Part shown: positions 46,624 through 56,694 of the stretch, piece by piece | Layout: each line of letters begins with the position of its first letter | Numbering within the stretch: position 1 is the first letter of the stretch | DNA from: an uncultured delta proteobacterium | Lineage (GTDB): Bacteria > Myxococcota_A > Polyangia > Palsa-1104 | Length of the DNA stretch: 64,000 bases | Assembly (NCBI GenBank): GCA_963785725.1 | Contig: CAWAWS010000020.1 | Coordinates: forward strand, 317,278-381,277 | Direction of reading: 5' to 3' | Notes under the pieces: model-generated | Database searches by the model: none | The model's input: the letters and a program-made list of their open reading frames with translations, nothing else | What the model was told of the DNA's origin: nothing | Program-made: the position numbers and the translations under genes

Positions 46624-48383
46624 AGCTGAAGCTGGCCTCGCGCCTGGCCCTCTTGTTCGTCGCCGCCGGGCTCGTGCCGCTCGGCGTGACGATGCTGGTG
46701 CTGGTGCCGCGCGGCGAAGATGCGCTGCGCACCTCGGCGAAGCTGCTGCACGAGGCGCAATTGGAGGGGCTGCGCGCCCGCGTCGACGGCGCGTTCGACG
46801 ATCTGTTGGCCGACGTGCGTCTGTTGGCGGCGGGCGAAGGCGATCAGGCCGAGCGGCGCGCGCTCTTGCGCTTCTTGCTCGAGAAGCATCAGGAGCTGAC
46901 GATCGTCACGCTCTACGCCGACGGGCAAAAGGTCGCGGGCGCGCAAGCCTACGATCGCGGACAGGTGACGCCGGCCGAGCTCGACGAGCACGAGCAGCGG
47001 GCGCGACCGCTGCTCGGCGGCGGCGTGCAGGCGAGCCCGTTCTACGCGTCGGCCGAGCGGCGCGAGCTCCTGATCACGCTGGTGACGCCGCTCGGCGGTC
47101 ACGGCCGCGCGTTGGCGACGGAAGTGAGCCTGCGCAAGCTGCAAGAGCTCATCGCGCATACGAAGGTCGGGCGCCGCGGGCTCGCCTATGTCGTCGACGG
47201 ACAAGGGCGGCTCGTGGCGCATCCCGATCTGGCGCGGGTGTTGGCGCGCGAGGATGTGTCGGCGCTGCCGATCGTCGCGCAGCTCTTGGCCGACCTGCCC
47301 GCCAACGGGCGCGCGATGACGGTCGTGACCGACTTTACCGCCGACGGCAAAGCGCAAGTGGGTGCGTTCGCGCCGCTCGGTCGGCTGCGCTGGGGTCTCG
47401 TCGTGTCCGAGCCGCGCGAAGACGCCTACGGCTTGGCGCGCGCGACGTGGGCGCACGCCGCCGGCTGGACGGCGCTGGCGCTCGCGCTCGTGCTCTTGGC
47501 CGCCTTCTACTTCGCGCGAGGAATCACGCGGCCGGTGGCCCAGCTCGTCGTCGGCACGCGCAGCTTGGCGGCGGGCGCGTTCGGCGCCATCGTGTCGGTC
47601 GAAGGGCCGCCCGAGATCGCCGAGCTGGCCTCGGCATTCAACGAAGCCTCGCAGCGGCTCGATCATTACGATGCCGAGAATCGCCGCCTGCTGCTCGAAG
47701 TGGAGCGCGGCTATCTCGAGGTCTTGCGCGCGCTCGTCAACGCCATCGAAGCCAAAGATCCGTATACGGCCGGCCATTCGCAGCGCACGGCCGAGTTCGC
47801 CGTCGCCATCGGGCGCGAGCTCGGGCTGACCGTCGACGAGCTGCACGAGCTGGAGGTCGGCGGGCTCTTGCACGACATCGGCAAGATCGGCATCGCCGAG
47901 CAGATCTTGCGCAAGCCGGCGCAGCTCGACGACGCCGAGATGCGCATCATGCGCGGCCATCCGGCGATCGGCGACGGCATCGTCGGCGACATCGAGCTGC
48001 TCGGCCGCATCCGCTCGATGGTGCGCAATCATCACGAGCGCTTCGACGGCTCGGGCTATCCCGATGGGCTCGTCGGTGAGCAGATTCCGCTCGGCGCGCG
48101 CATCATCGCCGTCGCCGACACCTACGACGCCATCACGTCCGATCGTTGCTATCAGCCGGGCCGGCCGCCGGCGGAGTCGGTGCCGATTCTGCATCGATTG
48201 GCGGGCCAGCAGCTCGACGAGATGGTCGTCGATGCGCTGTTTCGCGCGCTCCTGACGCTCGGGCAGCTGCACGAGAGCGACATGATGCTGCCGCCGACGA
48301 CGCCGGCCTCGCCGACGCAGCGGCGCCGGCCGACGCTGGAGCTGAATCTGCCACCGCCGCCCAAGCGCAGCGACGTGAATTAG
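46614..48383 (+). CDS. Cache-HAMP-HD-GYP cyclic di-GMP phosphodiesterase
   Basis: Two TMs, 'AYVVDGQGRLVAHPD', HAMP 'EIAELASAFN', 'HDIGK', 'HHERFDGSGYP'. Confidence 0.92.
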   Translation: MALKLKLASRLALLFVAAGLVPLGVTMLVLVPRGEDALRTSAKLLHEAQLEGLRARVDGAFDDLLADVRLLAAGEGDQAERRALLRFLLEKHQELTIVTLYADGQKVAGAQAYDRGQVTPAELDEHEQRARPLLGGGVQASPFYASAERRELLITLVTPLGGHGRALATEVSLRKLQELIAHTKVGRRGLAYVVDGQGRLVAHPDLARVLAREDVSALPIVAQLLADLPANGRAMTVVTDFTADGKAQVGAFAPLGRLRWGLVVSEPREDAYGLARATWAHAAGWTALALALVLLAAFYFARGITRPVAQLVVGTRSLAAGAFGAIVSVEGPPEIAELASAFNEASQRLDHYDAENRRLLLEVERGYLEVLRALVNAIEAKDPYTAGHSQRTAEFAVAIGRELGLTVDELHELEVGGLLHDIGKIGIAEQILRKPAQLDDAEMRIMRGHPAIGDGIVGDIELLGRIRSMVRNHHERFDGSGYPDGLVGEQIPLGARIIAVADTYDAITSDRCYQPGRPPAESVPILHRLAGQQLDEMVVDALFRALLTLGQLHESDMMLPPTTPASPTQRRRPTLELNLPPPPKRSDVN

Positions 48384-48448
48384 CGAGCTGGTGCGCCTTC
48401 GCTTCGTCGCGCCGTAACGGAACGGAGCGTCCCGTTGGATCTTCGACT

Positions 48449-48667
48449 CTAGCGAAGCAAAGTCGAGACGACGATCGCGACGAACAGCGTCACGCAGCCG
48501 AGCGACATGTAAACGACGACCGGATCGATGTCGGTGCGCTTGATGAGCTCGGCGGCGGCCTTTTTCGTGGCTTCGTCGCCGTTCGACTGCACGACGGCCT
48601 GCGCCAGCTTGCGCGCTTCGGCGAAGTCGCCGGCTTCGAAGGCGCGCTGAGCGGCGTCTAGAGACAT
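48449..48667 (-). CDS. small hypothetical protein with C-terminal TM
   Basis: 72 aa, TPR-like 'AFEAGDFAEARKLA', hydrophobic tail. Confidence 0.65.
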   Translation of the reverse strand: MSLDAAQRAFEAGDFAEARKLAQAVVQSNGDEATKKAAAELIKRTDIDPVVVYMSLGCVTLFVAIVVSTLLR

Positions 48668-48693
48668 CGATTGAACCTATAATAGATGGCATC

Positions 48694-49629
48694 GTGCGAC
48701 AAGACATCGTGGAGCGGCTGAAGCGGCCGGGGCGAACGTTCGACGTCATCGGCTGTGGCGAGAGCTCGATCGACGAGATTTGGGTGCTGGGCACGGCGCC
48801 CGATTGGGGCGGCAAAGTGCGCGCGTCGCGACGAGAGCGCATGGGCGGCGGGCAGATCGCGACGGCGATGGTGGCGTGCGCGCGGCTCGGCCTGCGCGCG
48901 GCGTTCGCCGGCGGCGTCGGCGACGACGAAGACGGCGTCGAGCTGCTCGAAGGCTTGCGCGACGAAGGCGTCGATGTCGCGCACGCGCGCCGGCTGCCCG
49001 GCGTGACGACGCGCGCGGCCTTGATCCTCGTCGACGAGCGCAACGGCGAGCGCGCGGTCATCGAGCACGGCCCGGCGCGCACACCGCACGCGCCGCACGC
49101 CGTGCCGCCGACCGTCGCGCAAGCGCGCATCGTGCATTTGGACGCGACCAATCCGCCGTTGGCGCGCGAGATTGCGCTGCGCGCGCGAGAAGCAGGCGCG
49201 ATCGTGTCCCTCGACGTCGACCATCCGGCGCCCGGTCTCGACGAGCTCCTGCCCTTGTCGGACATTTGCATCACGGCGCGCGGCCTGCCCGAGCTCTTGA
49301 CCGGCGAGCGTGAGCTGGAAAAGGCGCTGCGCGTGCTCGCCGAGCGCGTTCCGGGCGGGCTCCTCGGCTGCACGCTCGGGAGCGACGGCGCCGCGCTGCT
49401 CGACGAAGGCCACCTGCTGCTCTCGCCCGCGTTTGCCGTGCGCGCCGTCGACACGACGGCGTGCGGCGACACCTTCCGCGCCGGCTTCTTGTGCGCGCTC
49501 GCCGACGGGCGCGCGCCGGCCGCGGCCTTGCGCTTCGCCAACGCGGCCGCGGCGCTGAAGGCGCGCGATCTCGGCCGGCGCGGCTGTCCGACGCGCGCCG
49601 AAGTGAACGCGCTGCTCGCGCAAGCGTAA
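48694..49629 (+). CDS. PfkB-family carbohydrate kinase
   Basis: 'GGGQIATA...ARLG', 'VDTTACGDTFRAGF'. Confidence 0.9.
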   Translation: MRQDIVERLKRPGRTFDVIGCGESSIDEIWVLGTAPDWGGKVRASRRERMGGGQIATAMVACARLGLRAAFAGGVGDDEDGVELLEGLRDEGVDVAHARRLPGVTTRAALILVDERNGERAVIEHGPARTPHAPHAVPPTVAQARIVHLDATNPPLAREIALRAREAGAIVSLDVDHPAPGLDELLPLSDICITARGLPELLTGERELEKALRVLAERVPGGLLGCTLGSDGAALLDEGHLLLSPAFAVRAVDTTACGDTFRAGFLCALADGRAPAAALRFANAAAALKARDLGRRGCPTRAEVNALLAQA

Positions 49630-49673
49630 TGGTCGAAGCTGACGAAGCGGGAGATACGAAATAACGACGGAGA

Positions 49674-51206
49674 TCAGCCTTCGCCGAGTGGGCGACTGCG
49701 CTGCCAGTTCGTGCGCTCGGTCGACGCGGCGGCGCCGTTTGCGGCCGCCGTCGTCGCCGTCGGCACGTCGAGCGCGTGCAGCGCGGCGGCCGCCAACGCG
49801 GCGTCGAGCGCCTCGTCGGAATCGCCGAGCTCGAGGGGCCTCAGCAGCTCCGCTTTGTGCTGCTCGATGAACGCCGTCGAATATTTGCCGGCGCGGAACG
49901 CCTCGTTGCGCAGGACGCGGCGATGGAACGCCAGGTTCGTCTTGATGCCGCCGACGCGATATTCCTTGAGCGCGCGCTCCATCCGGTCGAGCGCCTCTTG
50001 TCGCGTCGCGCCCCAGGTGATCAGCTTCGAGATCATCGGATCGTAGAAGACGCTGATCTCGGAGCCTTCGTAGACGCCGGAGTCGTCGCGCACGAACGGG
50101 CCCATCGGCTGGCGGTACTGCACGATCTTGCCCGGCGACGGCAGGAACTTCAGCGGATCCTCGGCGTAGATGCGGCATTCGATGGCCGCGCCGTGCACCT
50201 TCAAGTCCTCTTGTTTGAACGGCAGCTTCTCGCCGTTGGCGACGGCGATCTGCAAGCGTACGAGGTCGCGCTCGGTGATCATCTCGGTCACCGGATGCTC
50301 GACCTGCAGGCGCGTGTTCATCTCGAGGAAGTAGAAGCTGCCGTCTTCGGCGAGCAGGAATTCGCAGGTGCCGGCGCCGACGTAATTGACGGCGGCCGCG
50401 GCGCGCACGGCGACTTCGCCCATCTTCGCGCGCAACTCGGGCGTGACCGCGGGCGACGGCGCCTCTTCGATCACCTTTTGATGGCGGCGCTGAATCGAAC
50501 AGTCGCGCTCGAACAGATGCACCGTATTTCCGTGCGCATCGGCGAACACTTGGATCTCGACGTGACGCGGGCGAATCACCGCTTTTTCGAGGTAGACGGC
50601 GTCGTCACCGAAGGCGCCTTTGGCTTCGCGCTGCGCGCCTTGATAGGCGGCGACGAACTTCTTCTCGTCGTCGACGAGGCGCATGCCTTTGCCGCCGCCG
50701 CCGGCCGACGCCTTGAGCATGACCGGCAGGCCGATCTTGAGCGCCGACGCGAGCGCCGCTTCCGCCGACGGAAAGCCGCGACCGGTCGGGCCGTTGTCGC
50801 CGGGAACGACCGGCACGCCGGCCGCTTGCATCTTGCTGCGCGCGCGCGTCTTGTCGCCCATGGCGTCGATGGCGTCGGCGGGTGGGCCGATGAAGATGAC
50901 GCCGGCGTCGGCGCAGGCGCGGGCAAACTCGGCCTTCTCCGACAGAAATCCGTAGCCGGGATGGATGGCGTCGGCGCCCGACTTCTTGGCCGCGTCGAGC
51001 ACCTTGGCGATGTCGAGGTAGCTCTCGCGCGCCGGCGGCGCACCGACGGGATAGGCTTCGTCGGCGGTGCGCACGTGCAGCGCCGCGCGGTCGGCGTCGG
51101 AGTAGATGGCGACGGTTTTGATGCCGAGCTCGCGGCAGGCGCGCATGACCCGCACGGCGATCTCGCCACGGTTGGCGATCAGTATTTTCTTAATCGGACG
51201 CGGCAT
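49674..51206 (-). CDS. accC: acyl-CoA carboxylase biotin carboxylase subunit
   Basis: 'ANRGEIA', 'HPGYGFLSE', 'GGGGKGMR', 'EMNTRLQVEH', 'YDPMISKL'. Confidence 0.93.
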   Translation of the reverse strand: MPRPIKKILIANRGEIAVRVMRACRELGIKTVAIYSDADRAALHVRTADEAYPVGAPPARESYLDIAKVLDAAKKSGADAIHPGYGFLSEKAEFARACADAGVIFIGPPADAIDAMGDKTRARSKMQAAGVPVVPGDNGPTGRGFPSAEAALASALKIGLPVMLKASAGGGGKGMRLVDDEKKFVAAYQGAQREAKGAFGDDAVYLEKAVIRPRHVEIQVFADAHGNTVHLFERDCSIQRRHQKVIEEAPSPAVTPELRAKMGEVAVRAAAAVNYVGAGTCEFLLAEDGSFYFLEMNTRLQVEHPVTEMITERDLVRLQIAVANGEKLPFKQEDLKVHGAAIECRIYAEDPLKFLPSPGKIVQYRQPMGPFVRDDSGVYEGSEISVFYDPMISKLITWGATRQEALDRMERALKEYRVGGIKTNLAFHRRVLRNEAFRAGKYSTAFIEQHKAELLRPLELGDSDEALDAALAAAALHALDVPTATTAAANGAAASTERTNWQRSRPLGEG

Positions 51207-51221
51207 GCCGCGGACGATACA

Positions 51222-52973
51222 TCACGGCGCCGCCGGAACGCCACCGTAACGCGGATCGGAGGCGGCGGTCAGGCGCTTCGGGCCAAAGCCGATGGCCTGC
51301 GCGGCGGCCAGCGTCTCGACCTCCTTCACTTTATGGCCACGCTTCGTCAACGCCTCTTGAACGTCGTGCGAGACATCGACTTCGACGGCGGTGACGTCCG
51401 GCATCCACTGCGCATGGACGCGCGGCGCGTTCACGGCCGCTTGCACGTCGAGCCCGAAGTCGATGACGTTGACGATCGCCTGCACCGTCGCCGAGATGAT
51501 GGTCGGACCGCCGGCGGCGCCGACGCACAAGACCGGCTCGCCGTCGCGCGTGAGGATCATCGGCGTCGTCGACGAGGTCGGCCGCTTGCCGGGCGCGATG
51601 GCGTTGGCGAAGGCGCCGATGAGCCCGAAGGCGTTGGGCACGCCCGGCTGCGCCGAGAAGTCGTCCATCTCGTCGTTGAGGACGACGCCGGTCGTGCCGG
51701 CGCTGAAGCGCGCGCCGAAGTAGAGGTTCACCGTCGAGGTCATGCTGACGACGTTGCCTTCACCGTCGGCGACGCACAGGTGCGACGTGCCGCCGTCGTG
51801 CGCGGGCTCGGGCGGCACCAAATTCTTGTCGCCGTAGGACTCGGGCTTGCCGACCTTGTCGTCGTGGATGCGCGCCGCCAACTCCTTCGCGTAGGCTGTC
51901 GACAACAGACGCTCCGTCGGCACCTGCACGAACGCCGGATCGCCGAGCGAGCGCGCGCGATCGGCGAACGCATGCTTGAGCGCCTCGACGACGACGTGAT
52001 CGGCCGCCGACGAGCCGCGACCGAGCGATGTCAGCGGCGGGCGCGCGTCCAAGATGTTCAGCGTCTCGAGCGCGGTCACGCCGCCGCCCGGCGCCGGCGT
52101 CGCCCACACGTCGTTGCCGCGAAACTGGCCGTGCAGCGCCTCTTTCCACAGCGGCTTGTAGTCGCGTAGATCCGCCGCCGTCAGGATGCCGCCCTGCTCC
52201 GCGATCGCTTTGACCAGCTGCGCGCCGATCGGACCTTGGTAGAACGCGGCCGGACCACGATGCGCGAAGGCTTCGATCGTCTTGGCCAGCTCCGGCCGGC
52301 GCACGCGCTCACGCTCGACGAGCGGCTGACCTCCCGGCGACAGCAGCACGGCCAGCGGATCCTTGGGATCGACCGGCGGCGGCGGGATGAAGCCGATCGG
52401 CGGCTTCTTCGGCACCTGCGCGGAGGCGGCGTCGTACAAATGGCGCGACGCGAGGAAGCCGTTGCGCGCCAGCCGAATCGCCGGCTGCGCGGCGGCGCTC
52501 AATCCCAGCTTTCCGTACTTCGCCTCCATTTCCGCCAAACCGGCCGGCTCACCGGGCACGGCGACGGCGAGACCACCCCACTTCGACTTGTTGGCGTCGG
52601 GTTTACCGTCGACGAGGAACATGTCGCGCGTGGCTTTGGCCGGCGCCGTCTCGCGGAAATCGAGGACGTGTGCCTTTTTGTCCTTGGCGCTCCAGACGAC
52701 CGCGAAACCGCCGCCGCCGAGGCCGCTCGACTCGGGATCGACCACGCCCAGCGCCAGCGCCGCAGCGACGGCGCCGTCGATGGCGTTGCCGCCTTTGGCC
52801 AAGACCTCGGCAGCGGCACGGGAGGCGTCGGCGTTGGCGCTGGCGGCGATGCCCTTGTCGCGCGGGCTCCACAGAGGCTGCGGCGCGGCTCCGTCGGCGG
52901 ATGCCGCCAAGAAGATCGCCACCGCTAGTGTCGAACCGGTCGAAACCGCCGTCACCATCGCAAGCCGTTTCAT
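51222..52973 (-). CDS. ggt: gamma-glutamyltransferase
   Basis: 'GGNAIDGA', 'SGLGGGGF', 'DFRETAP', catalytic 'TSHL', 'LNDEMDDF', 'GKRPTSS', 'SDPR'. Confidence 0.93.
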   Translation of the reverse strand: MKRLAMVTAVSTGSTLAVAIFLAASADGAAPQPLWSPRDKGIAASANADASRAAAEVLAKGGNAIDGAVAAALALGVVDPESSGLGGGGFAVVWSAKDKKAHVLDFRETAPAKATRDMFLVDGKPDANKSKWGGLAVAVPGEPAGLAEMEAKYGKLGLSAAAQPAIRLARNGFLASRHLYDAASAQVPKKPPIGFIPPPPVDPKDPLAVLLSPGGQPLVERERVRRPELAKTIEAFAHRGPAAFYQGPIGAQLVKAIAEQGGILTAADLRDYKPLWKEALHGQFRGNDVWATPAPGGGVTALETLNILDARPPLTSLGRGSSAADHVVVEALKHAFADRARSLGDPAFVQVPTERLLSTAYAKELAARIHDDKVGKPESYGDKNLVPPEPAHDGGTSHLCVADGEGNVVSMTSTVNLYFGARFSAGTTGVVLNDEMDDFSAQPGVPNAFGLIGAFANAIAPGKRPTSSTTPMILTRDGEPVLCVGAAGGPTIISATVQAIVNVIDFGLDVQAAVNAPRVHAQWMPDVTAVEVDVSHDVQEALTKRGHKVKEVETLAAAQAIGFGPKRLTAASDPRYGGVPAAP

Positions 52974-53093
52974 CAAGTTAGCCCTCGCTCGCATTGCTAG
53001 TTCGTCAACGGATTTGCTACAATGAACGGCGCTGATAACCGTCCGCATGGCGGATGTAATGAGGTACCGACGGTGCCGGACACGCGGAGAGAC

Positions 53094-55124
53094 ATGAGAA
53101 CGCCCATCACGCTCAAGATCAAGTTCAAGAGCTCCAACCTCGAACAGTTCATCGAGCGCTACTCCGTGGACGTCTCGAGGGGTGGCATCTTCATTCGTAC
53201 CAAAGAGCCGCTGCCCGTCGGTACGCAGCTTCGTTTCGAGTTCCAGCTCCAGGACGCGTCGTCGCTGATCGCCGGCGATGGCACCGTCGTCTGGATCCGC
53301 GAGCACGATCCGGCGCGGCAAGGCGTGGCGCCCGGCATGGGCGTCAAGTTCGATCGCCTCGCTGCGGAATCGCAGAAGGTGCTCGACAAGATCCTCGCCG
53401 AGAAGCAGAAGCGTGGCGACGCGCAGCTGGAATCTCGCTTCGATGCCGGCGTGCGCGCTTCCGCTTCGGCGTCGGGCACGTTGTCGACGGTGACGCCGCG
53501 TCCGCGCGACGACTTCTCGGGCGGCGATTCGAAGGTGAACACGCCGCTGCCGGGCGCGGTGCCGGGCCTCGAGTCGCCCGGTGACGAGTTCGGCAACGAG
53601 TCGACGCGCGTCATGCAGAACGAGCTGGTGCGCTCGCTCGCCGATCGCACGCGCGGTCACGACGAGGCGCACAACGCGTTCTCCGATCCCGAGCCGACGC
53701 GCAAGGCCTCCGTCGAGGAGCTGAAGCTGGCGGTGCAAGGATCGGCGGTCGAGAAGTCGGGCGACTCGATCGACGTCAAGCAGGAGGCCAAGGTCGAGAT
53801 CGCGCCTGAGGCGTCGAAGCCGGAGCCGGTCGTCGAGCTGAAGGCGGACGCCAAGAAGCCGGAAGCGATCAAAGAGGAGCCGAAGCCGGCGGTCATCGAG
53901 GCCAAGAAGGACGAGCCCAAGCCGGCCGTCGTCGAGGCCAAGAAGGACGAGCCGAAGCTGGCGCTCGTCGAATCCAAGCCCGAAGCCAAGAAAGAAGAGC
54001 CGAAGGCGGTCGATCCCAAGACCAAGAAGGCGGAGCCCAAGGTCGAGCCCAAGAAAGAGGAGGCGAAGCCGGCGGTCGCGGCTGCGGCGCCGCCGCCGAA
54101 GAGCTCGTCGGTTTGGCTGGTGTATACGGCCGTCGTGCTCGTGGCCGTCGCGGGCGCGTATACGTTGGTGCGCTCGCACAATAATAGTGAAGAGCAGCCG
54201 ACCACTCCGCCGCCGGTCGCGCAGCCGGCGCCGACGCCACCGCCGGCCGCGCAGCCGACGCCGACGCCGCCGCCGGCGGCGCAGCCGACGCCGACGGAAG
54301 CGGCGAATCCGCCGCAAAAAGAGCCGGCGGCGACGCCGGACAAGGAGCCTGCCGCGGCTGCGGCCGGATTGTCGGTGCCGGTGACGTCGGATCCGCCGGG
54401 CGCGATGATCACCGTCGACGGCAAGCCGCTGCCGGAGCCGACGCCGACGACGCTCGGTGGGCTCGACGTGAAGAAGATCTACGACGTACGCGTGGCCTTG
54501 AAGGGCTTTCACGAGTGGAAGGTGAAGCTCAAGCCGAAGACGGGCGACAAGCTGGACGCGGCGCTGGTGCCGAACGAAAAGATCGTGGAGGTGGCGACGA
54601 CGCCGGCGGGCGCCGAGGTCGTGCTCGACGGCAAGCGCGTCGGCAAGACGCCGTTTACGATTCACAAGCTCGATCTGACCAAGGCGCACGCGCTCGAGCT
54701 CAAGCGAACGGGGTTCGTGTCGCAGACGCGCTCGATCAGCGCGACGGATACGTTCGAGTCCAAGGGCGATAAGGACGTGTTGGCGGTGGCGATGACGCTG
54801 GAAGCGGCGCCGAACGTGCCGGCGCCGCCGAAGCCGCATCCGGTGGCGGTGAAGAAGCCGGCGCCCAAGAAGCCGAGCGACACGACGTCGCCGCCGTCGG
54901 ACACGGCGCCGGCGACGGCCGAGAAGCCGACCGAAGCGGCGACGCCGAGCGAGAAGCCGGCGGCGCCGACCGACAAGGCGCCGACCGACGACAAGGCGGC
55001 CGCGGACAAGCCGGCGGCGCCGACCGACAAGGCGCCGGCGAGCGACAAGCCGGCGGAGAAGCCGAAGTCGAAGCCCGAAGGCGACACCAGCGCGGCGCCG
55101 GCAGCGGACGCGCCGCAGCAGTAG
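53094..55124 (+). CDS. TIGR02266/PilZ-like domain membrane protein with PEGA-like domains and Lys/Glu/Pro-rich linkers
   Basis: 'DVSRGGIFIRT..PLPVGT', 'GMGVKF', single TM, 'SDPPGAMITVDG', 'TTPAGAEVVLDG..VGKTP'. Confidence 0.85.
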   Translation: MRTPITLKIKFKSSNLEQFIERYSVDVSRGGIFIRTKEPLPVGTQLRFEFQLQDASSLIAGDGTVVWIREHDPARQGVAPGMGVKFDRLAAESQKVLDKILAEKQKRGDAQLESRFDAGVRASASASGTLSTVTPRPRDDFSGGDSKVNTPLPGAVPGLESPGDEFGNESTRVMQNELVRSLADRTRGHDEAHNAFSDPEPTRKASVEELKLAVQGSAVEKSGDSIDVKQEAKVEIAPEASKPEPVVELKADAKKPEAIKEEPKPAVIEAKKDEPKPAVVEAKKDEPKLALVESKPEAKKEEPKAVDPKTKKAEPKVEPKKEEAKPAVAAAAPPPKSSSVWLVYTAVVLVAVAGAYTLVRSHNNSEEQPTTPPPVAQPAPTPPPAAQPTPTPPPAAQPTPTEAANPPQKEPAATPDKEPAAAAAGLSVPVTSDPPGAMITVDGKPLPEPTPTTLGGLDVKKIYDVRVALKGFHEWKVKLKPKTGDKLDAALVPNEKIVEVATTPAGAEVVLDGKRVGKTPFTIHKLDLTKAHALELKRTGFVSQTRSISATDTFESKGDKDVLAVAMTLEAAPNVPAPPKPHPVAVKKPAPKKPSDTTSPPSDTAPATAEKPTEAATPSEKPAAPTDKAPTDDKAAADKPAAPTDKAPASDKPAEKPKSKPEGDTSAAPAADAPQQ

Positions 55125-55368
55125 CCCTCCGCGCTTTCCGGCGGCGCCAAACGGCCGGGCGCGCACTTCCTTCGCAGCATCTCCACTTCCAATTCCGCTA
55201 CGGCAGCCTTCGTTCGCATTCGCGGCCGCAGACCTTCGTAGCTCGGGCTCGAGCGACCGCAGCTTCGCTGCGTTGCGGGCGGGCGGGCGCACGTGCCGCG
55301 CGAGCGGCGTTGCGGCAGAGCGCGGCGGGCGCGCTTCCGATTGGCGGCGAGTGCGCTACGATGCGCGC

Positions 55369-56568
55369 ATGCGGCGCGCCCTCCTCGTCTCGATCGTGAT
55401 GGTTTCGGCGTGCCGGCACGAGGCGGCGCCGACGGCGGCGGCGGTCGTCGACGCGGCGGCAGCGGTCGTCGACGCGGCGGCGACGGCCAAGCTGCCCGAG
55501 CTGGCGCCGGTGGCGCCGGCGGTGCCGCGCTTTACGCCGAGCGACATTCCGCGCATCGACGTGCACACGCACATCATGCCGGGAGCGCTGCAGCACGCGA
55601 TCACGCTCATGCAGGCGCACGGGATCGTGCACATCGTCAACTTGTCGGGCGGCTCACCGGGCGGCGATGGGCTCGAGGATTCGCTGGCGGAGGCGGCGGC
55701 GGTCGGGCATACGAGCGTGTTCGTCAATCCCGACTTCCGGCAGATCAAGCGCGGACCGGGCTATGGCGCGCGCATGGCGGCGAAGATCGCGGCGGCGCGG
55801 GCGTTGGGCGCGCGCGGCGTGAAGATCACCAAAGGGCTCGGGCTCGGCTACACGGATGGTCACGACCAGCTGGTTCCCGTCGACGATCCGGGGCTCGACC
55901 CGGTGTTCGAGGAGGCGGGCAAGCAGAAGATGCCGATCGCGATTCATACCGGCGACCCGAAGGCGTTTTGGAAGCCGCCGACGCCGGACAACGAGCGCTT
56001 CGACGAGCTGAGCGTGCATCCCGATTGGAGCTTCTTTCGCGCGCCGGTGACGTGGGAGCAGCTGTACGCGCAGTTCGAGCGGCGCGTGGCGCGGCATCCG
56101 AAGACGACGTTCATCGGCGTGCACTTCGGCAACGACCCGGAGGATCCGGTGCGCGTCGGGCAGATGCTGGCGCGGCATCGCAACTTGTATATCGACACGG
56201 CGGCGCGCATTCCCGAGATCGGGCGCGTCGACGCCAATCACGATGCCACGCGGATGCGCGCGTTCTTCGAGCGCTGGGGCGATCGCGTGCTCTTCGGGAC
56301 GGATACGGGCGTGGGCGCGGGCGAGCTCGATTTGATGCTGGGCTCGACGGGCGCGGAGCCGCCGACGCACGCGGATGTCGAGCGCTTCTTCGAGTCGACG
56401 TGGCGCTGGTTCGAGACGCGCGATAAGGACATCCCGACGCCGACGCCGATTCAGGGGCGCTGGAACGTCGATGGCATCGGGCTGCCGCGCGAGATTTTGG
56501 AGCGCGTGTATCACGGCAACGCGGAGAAGGTGCTGGGGGTGAAAGTGGTGACGGAGGGGGCGCGTTGA
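55369..56568 (+). CDS. amidohydrolase_2-family lipoprotein
   Basis: Lipobox VSAC; 'IDVHTH', 'IHTGDP', 'VLFGTD', 'VYHGNA'. Confidence 0.88.
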   Translation: MRRALLVSIVMVSACRHEAAPTAAAVVDAAAAVVDAAATAKLPELAPVAPAVPRFTPSDIPRIDVHTHIMPGALQHAITLMQAHGIVHIVNLSGGSPGGDGLEDSLAEAAAVGHTSVFVNPDFRQIKRGPGYGARMAAKIAAARALGARGVKITKGLGLGYTDGHDQLVPVDDPGLDPVFEEAGKQKMPIAIHTGDPKAFWKPPTPDNERFDELSVHPDWSFFRAPVTWEQLYAQFERRVARHPKTTFIGVHFGNDPEDPVRVGQMLARHRNLYIDTAARIPEIGRVDANHDATRMRAFFERWGDRVLFGTDTGVGAGELDLMLGSTGAEPPTHADVERFFESTWRWFETRDKDIPTPTPIQGRWNVDGIGLPREILERVYHGNAEKVLGVKVVTEGAR

Positions 56569-56575
56569 ATTGCGC

Positions 56576-56603
56576 TTGACAGGAGACGCGAGAAAAACAT
56601 AAT
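56576..56603 (+). promoter_or_regulatory. sigma70-type promoter for tRNA-Asn
   Basis: TTGACA-N16-CATAAT, ending 18 nt before the tRNA. Confidence 0.7.
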
Positions 56604-56621
56604 CACCCGACCGTTACGCAT

Positions 56622-56694
56622 TCCGACGTAGCTCAGTTGGTAGAGCAGGTGACTGTTAATCACCGGGCCACAGGTTCGAGTCCTGTCGTCGGAG
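56622..56694 (+). tRNA. tRNA-Asn(GTT), CCA not encoded
   Basis: Acceptor TCCGACG/CGTCGGA, D arm GCTC..GAGC, anticodon arm GGTGA-CTGTTAA-TCACC, T arm ACAGG-TTCGAGT-CCTGT. Confidence 0.97.

Noticed and set aside
49256..49264. TGTCGGACA palindrome similar to the element motif
   Set aside because: Inside the pfkB coding sequence and with a different centre; likely chance.
53860..55100. EPKPAVxEAKKD, AQPTPTPPP and PTDKAP repeats
   Set aside because: Ordinary low-complexity linkers in a myxobacterial-type membrane protein.
55125..55360. GC-rich intergenic region with partial palindromes as an ncRNA
   Set aside because: REP-like appearance, but I found no second copy or recognisable RNA motif in the window.
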